From NCBI GenBank assembly GCA_049602735.1, contig JBMYRW010000006.1, positions 5,655-69,654 on the forward strand: a stretch of 64,000 bases of DNA, given 5' to 3'. Both the position numbers and the translations under genes were made by a program. Origin of the DNA: Thermoplasmatota archaeon. GTDB taxonomy: Archaea > Thermoplasmatota > E2 > JACPAO01 > JAHFTW01. How positions within the stretch are numbered: the first letter of the stretch is position 1; the number at the start of each line of letters is the position of its first letter. The notes under the pieces are model-generated. The model saw only the letters and a program-made list of their open reading frames with translations. It made no database searches and was not told where the DNA came from. Below are positions 61,441 through 64,000 of the stretch, one piece after another.

Positions 61441-64000
61441 GTGTCGGACCTGCTGCTCAACCTCTCCAACAGCCACCTATTCTGGCAGGGCAAGGAGCCG
61501 CAGGAGATCGAACCCCTTCACCGCCCCAATTTCTTGGCGTTCCCCAAGGACCCCACGGAGTCCATCGATGCGGCCATGGAGCGGCTGGGGCTGCTGGCCG
61601 CCGAGGCGGGCGACCCGGAATCGGATCCGTTGGGCAAGATCCACGCCGTCGGGCAGCCGCTGGAGTACCGGTCGTTCTGGAACCACGGCGAACGGCGCCA
61701 GGTCGTGCCCGTGGCCGCCAAGCGGAGCTACTGGGTGCCGGACATCAGCGACGAGCTGTTCTTCGAGCACGGCTTCTACACCTGCGAACACGACATCCCG
61801 TACATGGAACGGGCGCTCGCCGACCTGGGCGCCGAGCATGACTGGTGGCTCCTGGACAGCCGCGGCCGCGAAGCGACCCTCAACGTCCTCACCTACGACA
61901 TCGAGACGACCCAGTACGGGACGGGGGCGAAAGAGATCCCCATCGACGTCATCGGCTACAGCGACTTCCCGGTCTCCTTCGAGAGCGACAAGGACCTGGA
62001 GACGGAGGCGCTCGACTTCCGCTTCACCGACCTGCCCACCGATTGGGCCGACCGCGAGGTCCTGCAGCTCGTCGCCCACAACGAGGACGAAGAGATCGAC
62101 AACCTGGACACGTTCACCCGCATGGCGGTCGGCCATGACCTCATCGCCGGCCACAACGTCCTGGGCTTCGACAACCTACAGATCCACGAACGCATCAAAA
62201 CGTTCCTCGGCCGCGACCAGCGCCAAGAGTTCCTGAGCCCCACACAGCGCGACTGGTTCCTCCGCTTCACGGACCTCTACAGCCGCCGCGACCGCAGCTT
62301 CCACTTCGGGACCCAGAGCGAGATCGCCGTCTGGCACCCCGCGACGCTCGACACGTTCCACGCGGCGCGGAAGTTCTTCTTCTTCCACGACGACTTCACC
62401 TTGAAGGGCCTGGCCCCGTGGCTCGGCATCGAGGTAGAAGGCCGGCAATACCTGGAGCCGGAGTCCATGAAGCTGGACGCCACGACGCTCCTCTACAACA
62501 AACACGACGTGCAGGAACAGGTCGGCATCACGCAGCAGCTGATCGCCCAGGCGCTGCCCCTCTGCTTCACCGTCAACCTCCCGTTGGAGAGCCTGCTCAC
62601 CGGTGGCAACACCAAGATGTGGGACCACATGGCGCTCCTGCGCGCCCGCCGCCAGCGCAAGATCATGCCCGCGACGTGCCGCGCCCAGGCGGTGGCGCAG
62701 GCGGTCCACGCCATGGTCCCCGGCGAACGGTTCCCCAGCCGCGAACAGGTGGCCGACGCCGCCGCCAAGATCACGATTGACGACCGCACCCGCCGCAAGG
62801 AGGTCATCCGCGTCGCCAAACAGGGGCCCGAGATGCCGTTCTGGGTGGAGCACCCCAGCGTCATCGTGCAACCCGGCGGCGGCCCCGCCATCCACGGCTA
62901 CGCCATCCCCGGCGGCATGACGCTCAAGCCGGACAGTGACCTCAAGAGCCACTTCACGCCCTGGTTCCACGTGGTCGCCGCCGACGTGGGCGCCATGTAC
63001 CCCACGATCCTCAAGGCCCGCAACCTGACTGCCGACACCGTCCGCCCGGCCCGCGTCGACGAGGAGCCGGACGACTTCCTGTGGCTCTTCGAGTTGGACG
63101 CTGACTTCGTCGCCAGCGGCAAGTACCACGTCCGCAAGGCCGAAGCGGACCGCCCCGGCGAAGGCTACACGAAGGGACGAGGCTGGATCGTCGGCCTCAA
63201 GCATGCCCCTGACGACGGGCTGGTCAACCTGGCGATGACCGGCATCCTGGACACGATCCAGAAGGTGAAGGACGCCCGCGCCGAGGCCAAGGAATCGGGC
63301 GCGCCGAAGGACGAGGTGCGCATCCACGACATGACCTACGCCAGCCTCAAGGCGGCCCGCAACGCCGGCACCCACGGCATCCTTGTGGCCGTCAACGTGA
63401 GCTGCCGGCAGTTCAACGTCTGGGGCGGCGCCAACATCACCACCATCGGCCAACGCATCCTGCACGAGAGCCTGGAGGACTTCGAGAAGAAGGGCATCCG
63501 CGTCGTGTACGGTGACACGGACGGCATCTACCTCGGTTGCAGCAAGTCCGCCGGGAACCTGCTCCATTTCGCTGCCGGGCTCGATGCCAAGGAGGAACCG
63601 GAGCAGGACAAGTGGATCACGCTCCCCGAGGACGCCCTGGCCGCCGTGGCGGAGGCCAACAAGAAATGGCGCGACCTGCTCGATTACCCCGGCTTCGAGC
63701 TGGAGCCGGAGCTCCACGACGCCATGGTCTTCGTGGTCCACAAGAACTACCTCATCTTCGACGCCGTGGACGGCGGCGCCGGCGGCATCAAGATGGAGAC
63801 CAAGGGGAACAACTTCAAGGGCAGCGACAAGGCGCCCTTGGCCCAGAACCTCCTGCGGGACATCATGACCCGCGCCCTGCGCGACGTCGCGTCGTGGGAC
63901 GACGAAGAGGACGGCCGTGAGCGCATGAAGACCGCCATCAAGCGCGCCACCAAGGACGTGGTCGCGGGCGTCAACGTGGACGACTGGGACCGCAACCAGT
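61441..64000 (+). CDS. polB: Family B DNA polymerase, N-terminal ~853 codons; the 3' end lies beyond the window
   Basis: Absent from the ORF track because it has no stop in the window. Hand translation starts from the GTG at 61441, after an in-frame TGA at 61417. Exo I LTYDIETT, Exo II HNVLGFDNLQI, Exo III YNKHD, motif A DVGAMYPTIL, motif C VVYGDTDGIYL. Confidence 0.85.
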   Translation, partial: MSDLLLNLSNSHLFWQGKEPQEIEPLHRPNFLAFPKDPTESIDAAMERLGLLAAEAGDPESDPLGKIHAVGQPLEYRSFWNHGERRQVVPVAAKRSYWVPDISDELFFEHGFYTCEHDIPYMERALADLGAEHDWWLLDSRGREATLNVLTYDIETTQYGTGAKEIPIDVIGYSDFPVSFESDKDLETEALDFRFTDLPTDWADREVLQLVAHNEDEEIDNLDTFTRMAVGHDLIAGHNVLGFDNLQIHERIKTFLGRDQRQEFLSPTQRDWFLRFTDLYSRRDRSFHFGTQSEIAVWHPATLDTFHAARKFFFFHDDFTLKGLAPWLGIEVEGRQYLEPESMKLDATTLLYNKHDVQEQVGITQQLIAQALPLCFTVNLPLESLLTGGNTKMWDHMALLRARRQRKIMPATCRAQAVAQAVHAMVPGERFPSREQVADAAAKITIDDRTRRKEVIRVAKQGPEMPFWVEHPSVIVQPGGGPAIHGYAIPGGMTLKPDSDLKSHFTPWFHVVAADVGAMYPTILKARNLTADTVRPARVDEEPDDFLWLFELDADFVASGKYHVRKAEADRPGEGYTKGRGWIVGLKHAPDDGLVNLAMTGILDTIQKVKDARAEAKESGAPKDEVRIHDMTYASLKAARNAGTHGILVAVNVSCRQFNVWGGANITTIGQRILHESLEDFEKKGIRVVYGDTDGIYLGCSKSAGNLLHFAAGLDAKEEPEQDKWITLPEDALAAVAEANKKWRDLLDYPGFELEPELHDAMVFVVHKNYLIFDAVDGGAGGIKMETKGNNFKGSDKAPLAQNLLRDIMTRALRDVASWDDEEDGRERMKTAIKRATKDVVAGVNVDDWDRNQ

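Noticed and set aside
1-64000. CRISPR arrays, rRNA, tRNA, IS elements, integrases
   Set aside because: I saw no regularly spaced direct repeats, no long non-coding conserved-looking stretch, and no transposase or recombinase motifs in any frame. Absence is by eye only. Infernal/Rfam, tRNAscan-SE and ISfinder searches would confirm it.

Overview
Dense, high-GC coding sequence on both strands. Hand counts on sampled 60-nt lines give about 68% G+C. I call about 84 CDS, and I recognised no rRNA, tRNA, CRISPR array, transposase or integrase. The segment looks archaeal: Orc1/Cdc6 (52195-53415), PurP (38669-39817), a family-B DNA polymerase running off the 3' edge (61441-64000), three tandem Lrp/AsnC-type regulators, PGF-CTERM-like tails, and eleven [LVT]AGC lipobox proteins. 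The ORF track omits ORFs that run off the window edges. I therefore translated by hand the P1B-type copper ATPase at the 5' edge (1-1353, minus) and the PolB at the 3' edge. Much of the window is an accessory-looking mix of small ligand-binding or stress families present as paralogues: SRPBCC x3, DUF1801 x3 plus a remnant, VOC x2, HxlR x2, SAM-methyltransferase x3. It also carries many secreted or lipoprotein beta-propeller and repeat proteins, a copper cluster (multicopper oxidase, cupredoxin, lysyl oxidase), and an OPT transporter-PqqD-DUF4097 operon. Two patches drop clearly in G+C. (i) 24979-26548 carries a lone GIY-YIG/DUF4357 nuclease. (ii) 36197-38668 sits between a VapBC toxin-antitoxin pair and purP. 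It carries a degraded DUF1801 gene and a translationally coupled two-gene cassette, an FRG-domain protein (37802-38587) followed by a DUF262 ParB/GmrSD-N-type protein (36676-37809). I cannot match this FRG+DUF262 cassette to any named system, and it is my best candidate for an undescribed defence or conflict module. All product calls rest on motif and family recognition by eye from the translations. No database search was run.
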